Assembly (NCBI GenBank): GCA_020536535.1
Contig: JAHLWZ010000868.1
Location: forward strand, 3,106 to 67,105
Origin: Pelomyxa schiedti
Lineage: Eukaryota; Protista; Evosea
Direction of reading: 5' to 3'
DNA: 64,000 nucleotides
Below, piece after piece: positions 11,735 to 25,656 of the stretch; position 1 is the first letter of the stretch; each line of letters opens with the position of its first letter. The translations under genes and the position numbers were made by a program. Under the pieces are notes generated by a model. The model had not been told where the DNA came from, ran no database searches, and saw only the letters and a list, made by a program, of their open reading frames with translations.

Positions 11735-13526
11735 TTAGGAAAGCCGCAGGATAGATGAGGGGGGGACTTCAAGTACTCCAGTCGGAGATGCCTCCAACCA
11801 CAGAGCCTCAGGCGAGGCGCCAGTCAGTCTTTGACCCGGGGCAAATACGGCGAACCTCAGGTTCTGCCCCAAACAGGTTCCAGAGTGCATTACAACCCTT
11901 GTTGGGGCAACAATGTTGCGAAAGCCTATGTAGGATCATTGTGTATTAAATTTTGGGGAAAAAAAGAAGTTTTGTTTCAGATAAGAAACCTGCTGTTTTT
12001 ACATGTCCCGATACAACAATGAAAGGCCAACTTTTGTCGTATACACGAGGGAGGAATTTCTGTGACATGTAGTAAGGAAGGTGCCCGGGCCCTGCAAATA
12101 CGGCAATAAATAACAATGGAAAGTGAACATGTGTATTTACCCCAGCTGAATAAGTCTCGTCTCTCTAGTTCCTGAAGTTGTTGGTCAAGTGATGGCACAT
12201 CCCAGTCACAGCGAAAATATGACTGTCCTTGTATACCAATTCCATGATGTACAAACAAGAAGTTGTCAAGTCGGAGTGCCCACGGTAAGGAATCTAGCCA
12301 TAGTGAATGGATGGCAGACATATTACTGCGGAATTCTTCTTGTGAATTAGACATATATTGAGCGGGTGTCCCTACACCCAGCGAATTCCAGTAGTGGTGC
12401 CACTAAATTTTGGTTGGTTGGGAAAAAAGCCCAATGAAGAAGGTACATTCAGCCACCAGTCCACTGATTTAGCACCGCGGTAGTTATCATGCAAGGTACA
12501 CAAGCAAGCAAGGTCGTGATTCCCAAGTATATGGTAAGCCAAACCAGGCATTTCCCACCGCAATGATATAAGAACGTCAAGGGTATCAACTACCTAGGCA
12601 TTATGTCTTCAGTGATAAAGGATGGGGGAAAAAAAAGAACCTGTAGGTTGTTATCTATATAATCTCCCACAGTGACTACAGTGGGTGCCATTCCGTACGT
12701 TTGCTGTGCAATTTCAATCCCTTGGGATAAAACTTTCTTGAGGCAGTCAGCACGGCCATGTATGTCAGCTATCACCAGAACAGGCCGATTAGGGGTTGCA
12801 CTCTTATTACTAGATATATTATTCCGTGTTTGATACATTGGCAGAGTCGGATTGGGACAGGTGAGAGAGTTCAAGAGATGTGAGGCAGCGACTAAATTGG
12901 CCTGTCTGGAGAACGTGGGGGGTGTTAACTCAGATGTTTCCGCGGTATCAACGAATTTCGTTAAAGCAGCCTTCAGGATTTCCGCACGCTCAGAACCCAG
13001 CAAAAGCCTGTCCCTTGCATAAGATGACAAGGTTGATATAACCAATGATCCAATAAGGTCCCTCTCTTCCGAAGTAGACGCTAATGAACTCTGGCAACTC
13101 CATTAAGGAGAACCCAAAAGGAGAAGGGAAAACAAGACTGTTAGAACACGGTAATGACAAAATCCCCAAAAAATATCGTGCTTACATGTTCAACAAGGAA
13201 TCAAAAACAACACCAGAGTCCTGCCACGCCGGCGACCACTCCAATCTCCTGAGGGCCACCGCGCGCTTCCCTAAGATAGAACCAGGTGATGTCCCACCGG
13301 TGGCGCACGTGAGGCTCGCGGTCAGCCCAGAAAGATGCGAGCACCAATCTGGCGCCCCAGGGGCCACACACAGTGGAGCCCTCTGTAAGGCCTGATCTGC
13401 GATGTCCTCGACGGCTCCCCAGTCGAGAACGGAGAGCCGGTCACTGATGGCCGTGGCAAGCTTCTCAGGCCATTCGGAACCCCGAAGTTTCGTCCCGAAA
13501 ACGCGTGGTACTTCGACGGCCGCCAT
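11735..13526 (-). CDS. Calcineurin-like metallophosphoesterase (bacterial-like PPP/ApaH type) with N-terminal helical extension
   Basis: ADIHG, VGDYID, LGNHD, FLFVHHG and VVSGH motifs in order across exons. Confidence 0.85.
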
Positions 13527-13635
13527 CTAACGCTTTTCTATCGTTCTTTTGGGTTTTTTTTTTTTGTTTGTTTTTCCTTTGTTTCTTGGGAAGCCTTCTG
13601 TCTGCAGTTGCATCACTTTAATTAAGCGCTTGGAG
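13527..13635. promoter_or_regulatory. 109-bp divergent (bidirectional) intergenic promoter region
   Basis: Separates head-to-head ATGs at 13526 (-) and 13636 (+). Contains a T-rich tract. Confidence 0.5.
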
Positions 13636-14421
13636 ATGAGGCCGCTGACAGAGGAAGAAACGAGGGTGTTCTTTGAGAAGCTAGCAAACTTGTGAGTAGC
13701 GGCCGCGGGACTACAACTGGGAATTAATTGGTTTCCGTATGCAGCATAGGTCGCAACATCAAGCTGTTGCTTGAGCGCGAGGACGCCAAATACTGCTTCA
13801 GACTGCACGAGTCAAGGGTGTACTATTTGCGGGAAGACATTGAGCATCATGCGGTTTCAGTACCGAGGGATTTATTGTTGTCCGTCGGCGTGTGCTTCGG
13901 GAAATTTACGAAGCACGGCAAGTTCAAGTTACTTATCACATGCCTCGATTATCTCAGCCAGTATGCCAAGGTAGAGCATGTTGGCATGAGTTTACTACCC
14001 AAACCCACTTACAAACAAAAAAAAAAAGCACAAACTGTGGATTAAGCCATCAGCAGAGATGTCGTTTTTGTATGGTAATCACATTCTTAAAGCTGGATTG
14101 GGTAGAATAACAGAAAACACCGAACAGTATGGTACCCCACAACCAAAGACCTCCATTTACCTTCATCATTTAGGAACCAAGGTGTTGTAATATTTTCCAT
14201 GGCAGATGTTCCATTAGGTAAAGCCACCAAACAACAACAATTAAAAAAAGTAAACATAGCCAACACTCAAACCACTTTCCCTCGTTCCAGGTTTTGGAGT
14301 TATGGCACAATCCACGCAACAGTGTAGAAAAGTCACCCCTGAAGCAGTCATTTGTTACCACAATGCCGATGTTGGAGAGTATCTTCGTGAGGAAGAAACC
14401 TCCCTTGTTGGGAATGCATAA
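13636..14421 (+). CDS. NIP7: 60S ribosome biogenesis protein NIP7
   Basis: [53 protein letters not shown] and [10 protein letters not shown]. Confidence 0.97.
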
Positions 14422-14556
14422 ATTCAACTTTGTGAGATCTTTTGTTTTCTTTCTTGCTTGCTTTTGCCGTCCGGGCAATGCTGTCTTCACCTTGGCCAAG
14501 ATCTGAATTTTCTTCTTTTTGATCGTTTCCAAAAAAGAAACACAAGACCAAAAAAA

Positions 14557-17500
14557 ATGTCAGGACGACACCACGGTTCGTCCTCGTCGTCGCGAAGTAG
14601 TGACGACCATCACTACCACGGACACACGGCGACCTCATCTTCATCGCGTCATCACTCGCACCACTCGGACGACCGGCACGACGATCGGCACGATGACCGG
14701 CACCACCACTCCTCGCACTCTTCTTCTGCGTCCTCGCCTGGCGGCTCTTCGGCAACAGCAGCACCTGCGGCAGAAAAGCAGGCCGTAGCCGTCAAAAAGG
14801 AGCAAGAGGAGACCGCTACCAAGCCCAAAGTTGACGAGAAGGAGCTGGCGCCTGCCCCACCTTCAGCGGAGCCACTTACAACGACCGCCACCGCTGTTGC
14901 TACTGCCGCTGCCGTGAAGGCTGAATCCGCGGAGGGAAATAAGAACGGGAGTGAGGAACCGGAGGCAGTTGCCTCAGCAACGAAGGTTCCACAAGTTTCG
15001 GCGTCAGTGACCTCTTCTGCGTCTTCCACTGTCAATGATGCCCAACCGATTACTCTTCCGGAAGGACCAACTACGGGCAAGCGTGACGCAGAGCACTCCC
15101 CTATGACAGAAGAAGCTGAGGAGAGCGTAGAGTACGCTGGTGACGCTCCATCCGAGTCTGCTGCAGATAGTAGTAAGCCTCGCGTAACGGCTGCGATCGT
15201 TGGCAGTAGTGATCAGAATACTACGAGCACCACTAGCACCAGTGCAGTTTTGGGCCCTCCGAAGCCACCTTCTATCAAGCGAAGGAAGGGTAGGAACACC
15301 CACATATAAACCCGAACTAACCAGAAATCATACACATAAGTTCTTGCATTCCAAAGTCTCTTTTTAAAAGGCATTCCATCTGCAGAGATGTACGAAAAGA
15401 GTTACATGCACAGAGGTAACATTCTTAGTTCCATGACACGTCATAACGCCACATACAGATGTTATCACACATATCGTGGCAACACAAGCAGACTTTGTTA
15501 TAACTGGTAGTGTGGATGGACACATAAAATTTTGGAAGAAAGAACCTGTTGGGATTGAATTCGTAAAACACTTCCGTTCTCATATCGGTAGAAGCAATCA
15601 ATAACATCTCTCTGTAACCTTTCCCAACAGGACCTATTACATCCCTTGCAGCCAGCAAAGATGGTCTAACCCTTGTCAGTACTTCAGTTGATAAAACTTT
15701 CAAGATATATGACATTCAGACTTTTGGTACGATACGAAAATTTTCTCTGTAGACTCATCAAAATAGACATGGTTGATCTGTTCTCCTTACCTTATGTACC
15801 GTCAACAAGTGAGTGGGTGACCAAAAAAGGGAAGATGCTTGCAATGTAAGCATATAAGTGTAGTCCCTTAATACTTACCTGTTTAGTGCCTCGACAACGT
15901 CTCCTGTTATTTATTTTTATGATATTAACAAAGTGGGAATCGATAAGGATACAAAAACTGCTTTACCAGTTGCTAAAATGAGCTTGCATAGCCAACCAGT
16001 AACTATAATAAAGGTAGTTTTAAATGTACAGTTCAAGAAATTAAGCGCCAGCAGTTCAATATTGCCCTTGGATTTGTTGCAAGTGTTGACAGAAGTGGTC
16101 TAATAGAATTCTGGAAACCAACTGGTGACTTCGGTTTTCCAGCTGATGCTGTGAAGTTCACTATGAAGTTGGATACGGATCTTTTCACTTTTTCTATGGT
16201 TGCGCCGTGGTACCACATTTTATTTCTCATTTTCATGTAGAATAAAACGGTACCTGTGTCACTAGAGTTCTCTCCAAATGGCAAATTATTTGCGACCATG
16301 GGAAAGGACAGAATGGTTAGAGTCTTCAACACACTAACAGGTAAGATTTATAGAACGTACAATGAATCTCTCAGTGTGTGGAATGCAATCCAGAAGGTGT
16401 GACAGATTTTTTTTATTAAACATGTGTGACTTCACAATAGTCAGAAGAAGATAATCCTTACAAGCTGGAACCAATTGATTTTGGAAGGCGTATTGCTGTC
16501 GAAAGGGAAATCGATGAGAAAGAAATGACACCCCCTTCTAACGTTGTCTTCGACGAATCTGGGCATTTCGTCTTGTATCCAAGTCTCATAGGAATCAAGG
16601 GTACTTATGGTTATGACTCACTACTCTAATTAAATACTGTCTCAGTGGTTAACTTGGTTTCCGATTCTATTGTGCGCGTTTTGGGGAAAGTCGAAAGTTC
16701 CACGAGATTCCTGAATATTGCCGTTTTTCAAGTACCAAGCTTCTCCCCTGGAAACAAACCAACATATCTCAGGGAAAAAGTGAAGGTGACCTTGCTCTTG
16801 ATACAAGGAACAGAAATGCCGATCCCGATCCAACTATTTTTTGCTGTGCCTATAAACAGCAACGGTTCTACCTATTCACAACAAGGGAGCCAACTGAGCC
16901 TGACGAGTATGCCAGTACTCTGTCCTTCACCTTCTCACCAGTCCTCTAGGGAAAACATCGTGGAAACAGGCCGTGATGTATTCAATGAACGACCAGCTGA
17001 AGTTACGAAAGGCGTGACACCCACTTCTTTACCTTCATCACGTTTGGCCAAAGCTGCAGTTATTCACACAACCATGGGAGACATATCAATCAAGCTGTTT
17101 CCAGTCGAGTTGAGTTTAGCCCGAAAACCAGCAATAGCTAATCACAAGACAGATGCCCGAAAACTGTGGAAAACTTTACAGTGCATAGTAAGAACGGTTA
17201 TTACAACGGGCACACATTCCACCGAGTCATAAAAGGATTTATGATACAGACTGGTGATCCTCTAGGTGAGTTCCATATGCATGCTTGGCCTTGTTCCCAA
17301 CAAACAAAGGTGATGGAACTGGAGGCGAGTCCATCTGGGGTACAGACTTTGAAGATGAGTTTAACCGGTCTCTTCGCCATGACAGGCCCTTCACTGTATC
17401 CATGGCCAATGCTGGTTTGTGCTCTTCATTTCTACCACCCCACTTACATTTGCCAGGTCCCAATACAAACGGTTCCCAGTTCTTTATCACAACTGTTGCC

Positions 17501-17671
17501 ATTCCTCGCTTGGACAACAAGCACACTGTGTTTGGGCGTGTAACCAAAGGTCAAGAGGTAGTTCTTGACATAGAGAGAGTGAAGACCGACAGGCTAGACA
17601 GGCCCCTCGCTGACGTAAAAATTGTGTGCGTGGACACTCTCTTTGAAGAAATCAAGGACGACGGCCACTAG
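14557..17671 (+). CDS. PPWD1: WD40 + cyclophilin spliceosomal PPIase PPWD1
   Basis: [63 protein letters not shown] and [11 protein letters not shown]. Confidence 0.97.
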
Positions 17672-17763
17672 AAGCTCAGTTTCAGCCCCAATCAATCAAG
17701 ATTTAGAAGAACAAAAAAATTTTCCGTCTTTTGAAATTTTCCGAAAGTTAAACGTATTCGTGA

Positions 17764-18615
17764 ATGGCATCTGTGGGGTTGTCTTGCGCGGCGTGCCACG
17801 CACAGCACAACATTTTGAGGATTTTGTCTTGTATGTGTTCGCTATCCCACAACAAACAAATGAGCACACACTGAGCTACGAAAAGGCAAGCACAGGGCGT
17901 GCAAGGGGTGCGTGGAGCAGGCTACCGAGAGACACGAAGAAGCGCACCCAAACACGGGAAAGATGCCGAAGCCGAGGTACCAGGCCTGCCCTGTCTGCGG
18001 TGCCCAGACGAGATCTTTCCACTTCGCAGTTTCTGTGGCGTTTCGGTATGGAATCGGCATTAGTATGCACACGTACGAGGGGTACAGGGAGATGCAACTG
18101 AGTGAGCTGCAGGATCCAGCCACTGTGGCTGATATGGTGGAATTCATAGAGGAGCATCGGGGAATTGCGAGCCTGGAAGAGTTCACTCCCTCGAATGCGC
18201 TGATGATTGAGGGTGGCTATCTGTCCGCTGACAATCATTGCATCGTGTCATCAACTAAAAGAATACCCCCGACTGGTCAGTTTGCCAGTTTCCATGTTGA
18301 CGAGCACAAATCCATTACACTACTCAAAGCTCTGAAGAGTTGTACACTCACACGGAGAGACACAGCCCCCTGGTGCATGTGCCCCACGCTATTTATTCAC
18401 TCCTAGGAGTTGTGAAAACAGGAACCCCACTGGTTGCTGCCTCAACCTTGATCTTCAAAACATTCGAGGAATACTTTCCGTATCTCAATTTGTGTGGTGA
18501 GACACATAAACATGCACAGAATAAACCCCGTAACACATACGACACAAAGAGCATTGAAGTAGTCTCGCTGGACGAAACCGTCACTGCGGCCCCGGCTACT
18601 TGTTTGTGGTGTTAA
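17764..18615 (+). CDS. RING-HC (C3HC4) finger protein with uncharacterised C-terminal domain
   Basis: Removing intron 17831-17885 gives CAAC...LSCKHRACKGC...CPVC. Confidence 0.75.
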
Positions 18616-18885
18616 GAGTTCGTTGATGGTGCAAGCGAGAGTGAAAGTGATTCGCTGCTGAGCCACCGGCGATATACCTAATTGGGACGGGCTAAAGGTG
18701 ATCTTTTTCCTGGAGAGAGATTCGGTGCCACTTTTCTCTGATTATAGGTGGCGTTTTAGTAAGCCGACAGAAAAGTTGGCCGCCGGAAGAAAACATGCAT
18801 CGGTTGATTTGATTTTCGGCATTTTCCCGGTTTTTTAAACTTTCTTTTCCTCGAGAGATATACAATAAAAAAAAAAAAAAACACC

Positions 18886-19684
18886 ATGCAGACCACAACA
18901 ACCATAGACTGCACGACAACAAACTTTTGCACCCAAGACACAGACAACACAGAAGACATTGACTTGTCACCAGAGGGGGAAGAATCACACATGAATACGA
19001 ACAACAGCAGAGGCGAGGTGTACTACGCCGTTCCCCAGGAACGATCTCCTTCCACTGCTCCGCCTGTTGCCCTTTTACTGTCTACGCTGGTTAGTTACAC
19101 TGCGAACATGCACAGCAGCAGGCTAAACCACCGAAGACACGAGACGTGCTTTGAGGGCCGGTGTCTTCCACCGATCAGTCTCGAGGACTACCTGTCAAGG
19201 TAAAAAACCCGGATTGTTTTGTTTTTCTTCTGTCCATATCTGACATTCCGACAGAATAGAGACCCACGCAAACTGCTCCAAAGAGACATTCATTACCGCG
19301 CTTGTTTATGTAGACAGAGTCATCCAGCTCAACCCTGGATTTCGAGTGACGTCAGCCAACGTCCACCGACTCATCCTGGCCTGTATTCTAATTGCGCTCA
19401 AAGTCCAGGAAGACCTGTTCTACACCAACAAGTTCTACTCCGCCATCGGGGGCGTTCCTCTTCCCGAACTCAATATGCTCGAACGCCGGCTCCTCAACTT
19501 GCTCAACTTCGAGCTTTTCGTGTCCGTGACTCAATTCGGAATGTACCAGGAAGCCCTCAACTCCGCAATTCATGTTGGTGCGTCCCTTCCCCTCCTCAAA
19601 ACCACATTTCTCACTCAAACTCCTGAAAGTCCAACGAATTGCCGACGAGCAACAATTGGACGGACCGCATTTAGCGGAAAATGA
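18886..19684 (+). CDS. Cyclin, PHO80/P-U type
   Basis: PPISLEDYLSR, ALVYVDR and NVHRLILACILIALKVQEDLFYTNKFYSAIGGVPLPELNMLE. Confidence 0.92.
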
Positions 19685-19878
19685 TGTTGATGATGGAGAT
19701 CAGACTGGGGAGACTCCTCAGGCTGCTGCAGAGTTCGACGAGAATGAGGCACGGGACTCCCATAACGTGCCAGGTGAATGATCACTATTATGGGTTGATC
19801 CCCGTTCACCTGTTGTAATAACACCGAATGTAAAAACCCAGTGAAAGTAAAAACAAAACTGAGTGTCAATTTTCATTA

Positions 19879-21105
19879 TTAATCCTCTGTTTTTTTTTCT
19901 TGAGGACATGACATATCTGGGGTTACTGTGGAAGTAGTGGATAGAGTATTTGTGTTTTGGCCAGACCGTTCAGCCTCCTGAACAGAACTTTGGGGTGCAG
20001 TGTTTGTGTTTGTTGTGCTTGTGCATGTGCTTTGGTCAGTGGAGTGTGCTTCGCTTGTTGTGGTGCTTTCTGAGTGTTGAGTGGTTGTGGTGAGTGGGCT
20101 TGACAGGGAAGTGGTGAACTCTGGTAGTGCCGTATCACCGGCCAACAGAGCCGTCCTGTGGAACATTGAAAATTGAGAAAGTTGGGCAGATAGTTGCTCA
20201 GGACATACCATTTGAGTGCATTTTCGATGTTCTTTCCAAATTTACTCACCCCGTCAGCCGGGAACTCCAAATTTCCAGATAGAAGTGACTCTTTCATGGA
20301 TTCTAGAAATTGCCTGTTCTCGTGGATCGCCTGCTGTAGCTTCTCTTCAACTTCTGGAGTAACATTGTTCTCTGTGTTTGCTTCGGCTTGCTGTGTCCTA
20401 CTTGGGGACAAATCAATGAGAGCGGGGTTTAGCAGTGGCTTGGTCACAGGCCGTGCGCATATTGTGGTGGGTGCCGTCGATTCAGCGGCAGTCTCAGTAA
20501 CTGTGCTCACGGAGGGTGGGGTATTTGTGTCTTGCGCTGGTACATAGTTAACGGGGACGGGGGAGGACGCGAGCAAAGACTCAAGCACCTTCAAGTCATG
20601 AAGGAATTGCAACCGCTGATGATGACCCATTTTAGAGATCTATTTTCTTGACATGGCACAAATGGGGATACATACAGTTTCGGCCCCACTACCGTGCAAG
20701 GACGCAATGTCGCTCTGCAGCTCACGGTGATTCTTCTCAAACTGGAAAACATTGAGATATGCAGAAGTGCTTGTACAAACCTCCTTCCGATCTCGCATTG
20801 ATGAAGAAAGAGCCTTGTCAAGTTGTTGGCCTTCCTGTATACAGTTAGGAAATAAACAGGATGTAGATGATGTAACAGGTACCATAATTTTGACCCTATT
20901 TGCTACTTGCTGAGGAGTTTTATTCGGAAGAAGTGCAGCTATCTTTAAGTAACGAGTAGTATCAACAAAGCTGTTTGCTGGGTATCTGTTCCCATGAATT
21001 CGAGTATTGATGCTCATAGACTTCATTACCGAATAATAGCCTGCTCCAGAGTATTCAATTCCTCCTCAGTCCAATTGTAAGGGTTTGTGGTGGCTGCCAG
21101 AAAAA

Positions 21106-21153
<48 letters not shown>

Positions 21154-21777
21154 CAGAGCCAAAGAAATAAAAAAAAGGAAGTACCCCATACATTGCTGTG
21201 AGGGGTGGGATGACATTGGATTAGAAATAGAACTTCTGCAGATACTTGTACTGGGCGCAGCACTTGGAGACTGAGAGTGGGCAGTTAAACAAGTGGAAGG
21301 TGGTGGACTTGGAGATGTCACTTCGTCCTTCTGATCAGGAGAATGTTGTGGGGGTGACTGAGAGGGTGTTGCTAAAAATGATGACGGATGCTGGGGAAGA
21401 TGCGGCGATCGGTGCATTATGGGACGTGCACTGACTTGATCACTTGGTTCTTCTCCCAGCGTCGCAAGAACGAGGGCCGTGGTTACCTACGTAGGTGGTT
21501 TTACCTATTTTTAGATCTTTTTTTAGGCGAATGTGTTTATCAAAACTGAACATGCTCAGTGATAAACAATCGCACTGAAGTGGTGAGAAAACAAAAAATA
21601 AGGTTTTACCTTTGTGTGGTGGACAACCTCTGAAAAAGACCTGTCTGGGAGCCTCGACGCAATACCACACAAGTCGTCAGGAAACTCTTTCAATGCGTCT
21701 ATAAATGCAACGTGTTCCTCTAGTGTCCAGGGTCTAGAGTGTCGTAAGTTGGAAACAAACAGTGGACTTGCAGACAT
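19879..21777 (-). CDS. Myb/SANT-repeat protein
   Basis: PWTLEEHVAFIDALKEFP..IASRLPDRSFSEV and a second repeat WTEEE..YLKIAALLPNKTPQQVANR. Confidence 0.8.
21110..21150. repeat. About 41-nt A homopolymer (intronic T-tract of the Myb gene)
   Basis: Directly visible. Confidence 0.8.
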
Positions 21778-21814
21778 ACATAAAGGTTGTAGTAGATTGC
21801 TTTCTTTATCTTAT

Positions 21815-21852
21815 CTTATTTTATTTTATTTTATTTTATTTTATTTTATTTT
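21815..21852. repeat. (TTTTA)n microsatellite upstream of the Myb gene
   Basis: Directly visible tandem pentamers. Confidence 0.8.
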
Positions 21853-22253
21853 ATATTATTTTTTTGCGGTTATGATGTTTCAGGTGCGGGTATTGCATGG
21901 CATTAGATTTCGATCACGCACAAGAAACAACCCACAGGGTAACTAACAACAAAAAACTCAGTGGGCAAACACCTTGTGTCATCGTACTGTGATTTTTCAA
22001 AATTGTTGAGTTGTGCCTAGGAGTTTCTTATTCCCACACAAACCACATTAAGGAAACCCTATCCCATACTGCAAACGCACCACCATTTGTTGTGATGGGT
22101 CCATGCATTGAGCACTTAATTACAAGCCGAAATCCACGCGATGCGAAAAAAATAACAAAAAGTTTATATTTTTTTGGAATGTTACTTAGCGCGTTTATGA
22201 GTATCAGCGTTGATCTACAGCGGAAAAGTCGCACTGTTTTTTCGTGCTTGTTG

Positions 22254-25200
22254 CTATGTCTTCTTTGGTCTTCTCGTTCCCGTGGATTTCGCTTTGTTTT
22301 GCCCTTTATTTCCAAAAACAAATGGTGCTGCTAAGGATGCGTGAGCAGTGTGCTAGTATAAGGAAAAGAAATCAACCTGAGTCAGTAGTAGAACCAAACT
22401 TGGGAGCAGAAGGTGCATCTGAGCTGAATCCGGTTGTCCCAAACACTGGCATAGTGCTACCAAATAAGGGTGCTGCTGGTGTTGTTGCGGTTGTGGTTGA
22501 AGTTCCAAATGTTGGAGAAAGAGAGGGTGTTGTGAAGGCAGTAGAAGTAACCGAGGAACCCCCAAATAGTGGGGAGGTTGTGGTGCTCCCAAGTGATGAG
22601 AAGGGAGAAAACCCAGTGGAAGGGGTAAAGCCAAAAGTGCTGGGGGGAGGTGGTGCCGGTTTTTCTGTTTTGCTTTCCGGTAAGGTAGGTGATGCAGAGT
22701 CGGGTTTACCAAAAATGCATGGTACGGTTGGTGCTGGAGAGAAAATGGATTTGGTAGGGTTCCCTGTTGTAGAGGGAAGCCCAAAGAGCGGTGGTGGCGA
22801 AGATACATTATCTCCAGTCTTATCGTCGGATTTCTTGCTCTCACTGCCCTTAGAGGATGGAAGGTCAATAGGGACTTGAGAGGGCTGAGTCAAAACTGGC
22901 GAAGGTGCGTGTATTACGCTAGCCTTCGAGGAATCTGTGACAGTTGTAGCAGGGCTATCTCCGCGGGTTATTGGCTGTGTGGATGGGAGTGGGCCAAAAA
23001 TGGTGCTTGGAGACCCAAAAACACTTGCCGGAGGAGGCACTGTTTTCTGTTCGAATAAGGTGCTGACTGAATTTGCTGGAGGAGATTTTGAAGTGGTTTC
23101 TGTGCTGGTGCTTTTGGGTTTCTCGCTTTCAGGTTTCTGTTTGATAATAGGTGGGGAGAAAGGTCTTGTTTCAGTTGGTACTGCTAAACTATCAACGGCG
23201 GTATTTGAAACAAGAGTAGAAGCATTTGAAAGAGTAGAGTCTGGCAGAAAAGAGGTGACCTTGGTCGTTGTTTTTTCATTTGCAGGTACTTTTTGAGGCT
23301 GCATGAACTCATTTGCTAGCTGTATCGTAGGTTTGGGTTCAGTGGCCAACGCATTGTGTGGTTTTGGACATTGAGGTGGCGGGGAGGGTTCAACTCTCGA
23401 GGCATGCGACTCCAACTGAGGTAATGAGACTGTCTCGCGTTCTGGCAACTTCTTACTAATAATTTCTGGTGGCTGGTTGGCAAAGGCCGGGGTAGATGCC
23501 GTCTTAACCGAGGAAGGGAATGATGTGGTAGTGGATGTTGATGCTGCTGGGTCAAATGGAGTGAATAACAAACCCAGAGACCCAGGTGGATTGGTGCTGG
23601 TTGGTAATGACGATAATTTTGAATTGGTAACCTGGGAGATTGGTGTTAACGTTGTGGAAGGAATGTTTGAGGAGGAGGAAACTGAGGTGCAAGAAAGTGA
23701 GGCGGGTTGACGTTTTTTGGCCGGCTCGGTTGCCACGTTCTGGATCTTAAGCTCCTGTGTGCAGCTTTGTGTGGTTTTGCTCGAGTCAACCTTGGAATTG
23801 TGATTCTCTGTCTGGTTTTCAGACATTATTTGCGTGTAGATTTCTTTCTGGGTTACAGCATGGCCTTTTTGAGCTTGCTCGGAAGGGGGTATAATGGGAC
23901 ATGAAGTGGAGGTCTCATCTCGGGGTTTCTTGGTGATAACATCTGGTTTATTGATGACTTCTTCCTTGTTTCTTCCAATTTCCTTCTGAAATCGGGATTC
24001 AGGTGCTTTCGCAGAAGAGGTGGAAATAGGTTCAGGCAGTTCAGGTGTTGGGGGTATTTTGACTACTTCCATGTGGGGGCAAAAGGACCGTTCGTTGAGT
24101 TTAGGTGCCCTTTTAATGGACGAGAGGAGCTCTGCACTGGTGGTAGCGGTTGTGTATTGACCTTCAGAAGCCACAATAGCACTGGACATACTACTGTCGG
24201 CCCACATACTTTTGATTCGGGGAGATGTGGATAGACCGCCAACAATATTTCGAGTATACTGCCTGGGTCCACTCCGCATGGAGGTGTGAGTGCCAGTGCG
24301 TGCAATCTTACTGGGATTTGGGTTGGTGTATAAATTAGATGTATTTGGAGTCTTGTTGCCAGAAAGCTGCAGCTTGGAGACTGATGTAGCTGCACTTTCA
24401 ACAGATTTTGATAGGGGTGTGGAGTACTGCAGCCATAATGATGTATCCTGGGAGTATTTTGTGAACAAACCGTTTGGAGTTAGATTGGTGGCAGTACTCA
24501 CTTTTTTGGATTGTTCTCGAATAAGAGCCGCAGTTGCTGAGGATAAAGGAATATGTGTACTATCTATTTCTGCTCTGTTCCTTCTTTTTGTTGGCTGAGA
24601 GAAGGATTAGAATGCACAGTATTGACAACATAATATTTAATCTGAAGGAGTAAATGAATCACCGGTGTAGAAATATCACTGGGAGACTGGCGAGGAGAGG
24701 CAGCACGCTTATCCACATTTGTACTTGGTGATAATTGGGATTGTGGCTGTTGAATATAGGGTGAAAAAGTTTTCCCTTGTGATGCCTGTCCGCTGACTGG
24801 CAAGGGTGTGCGGTAGCCCAGACTCTGTCCTGGCGCAATTTCTGGCTTGCTGTTTACGTTCACATCAGGGGAAAGACGATGAGCAGGCGTCATCGTCACA
24901 GGCGGGTGAACTGCAGGCGGTGGCATAATAATAGCATCAATCGGCAGTGTAGTTGTCCTTCCAAACTGCGTAGCCCCACTGCCCGCCAGCTCATACGAAG
25001 ACGACGACAATGCCAGAGATGGTGGGGAGAAAGCCGGGGTGAGTGCCAGTGAGGGTGCCGTCAGCCTTCTCAGCGACGAATCCAGCATGCCGGGCGTAGG
25101 AGTGTGCGGGGGAAGCAGCCCCATTGGTGTCTGTTGTGTCTGTGCCTGTACCTGCGCCCGCGGCTGCGGCGGCTCGAACGGAGGCTGCTGGTGCAGCAGA

Positions 25201-25593
25201 GCCCCCGGGAGAGCGGGAGTCGGGGCCGGCGCGGGAGTCGGCGGGTACGCCAGCGAGGGCGAGGGCGACGGCGACGGCCTCACGGTCCTCGCGCTGGCCT
25301 CTCTGAGAATGGACTCCACCTCGTCGTGGCTCATGCTCTGCGGCAGCCTCCCCAGTATCGCGCTGACCACGCACGCCCCGCCCCCTCCTCCCCCTCCTCC
25401 GCCTCCGCCGTCTCCCCCGGCCCCGCCCCCTCCTTCGTCCAGGGATCCCCCCCCGCGGCCCTGCAGCGGCGGGGGCAGGGACTCGTGCCGGTCCGCGTGG
25501 TGCTTGTGGCTGCTGCTGCTGCAGCTGCGGTGGTGCGTGTGGCTGTGATGCGTGCTCGCGCTCCTGCTTCGGTGGTGCTGCTGCTCCTGCTCC

Positions 25594-25656
<63 letters not shown>

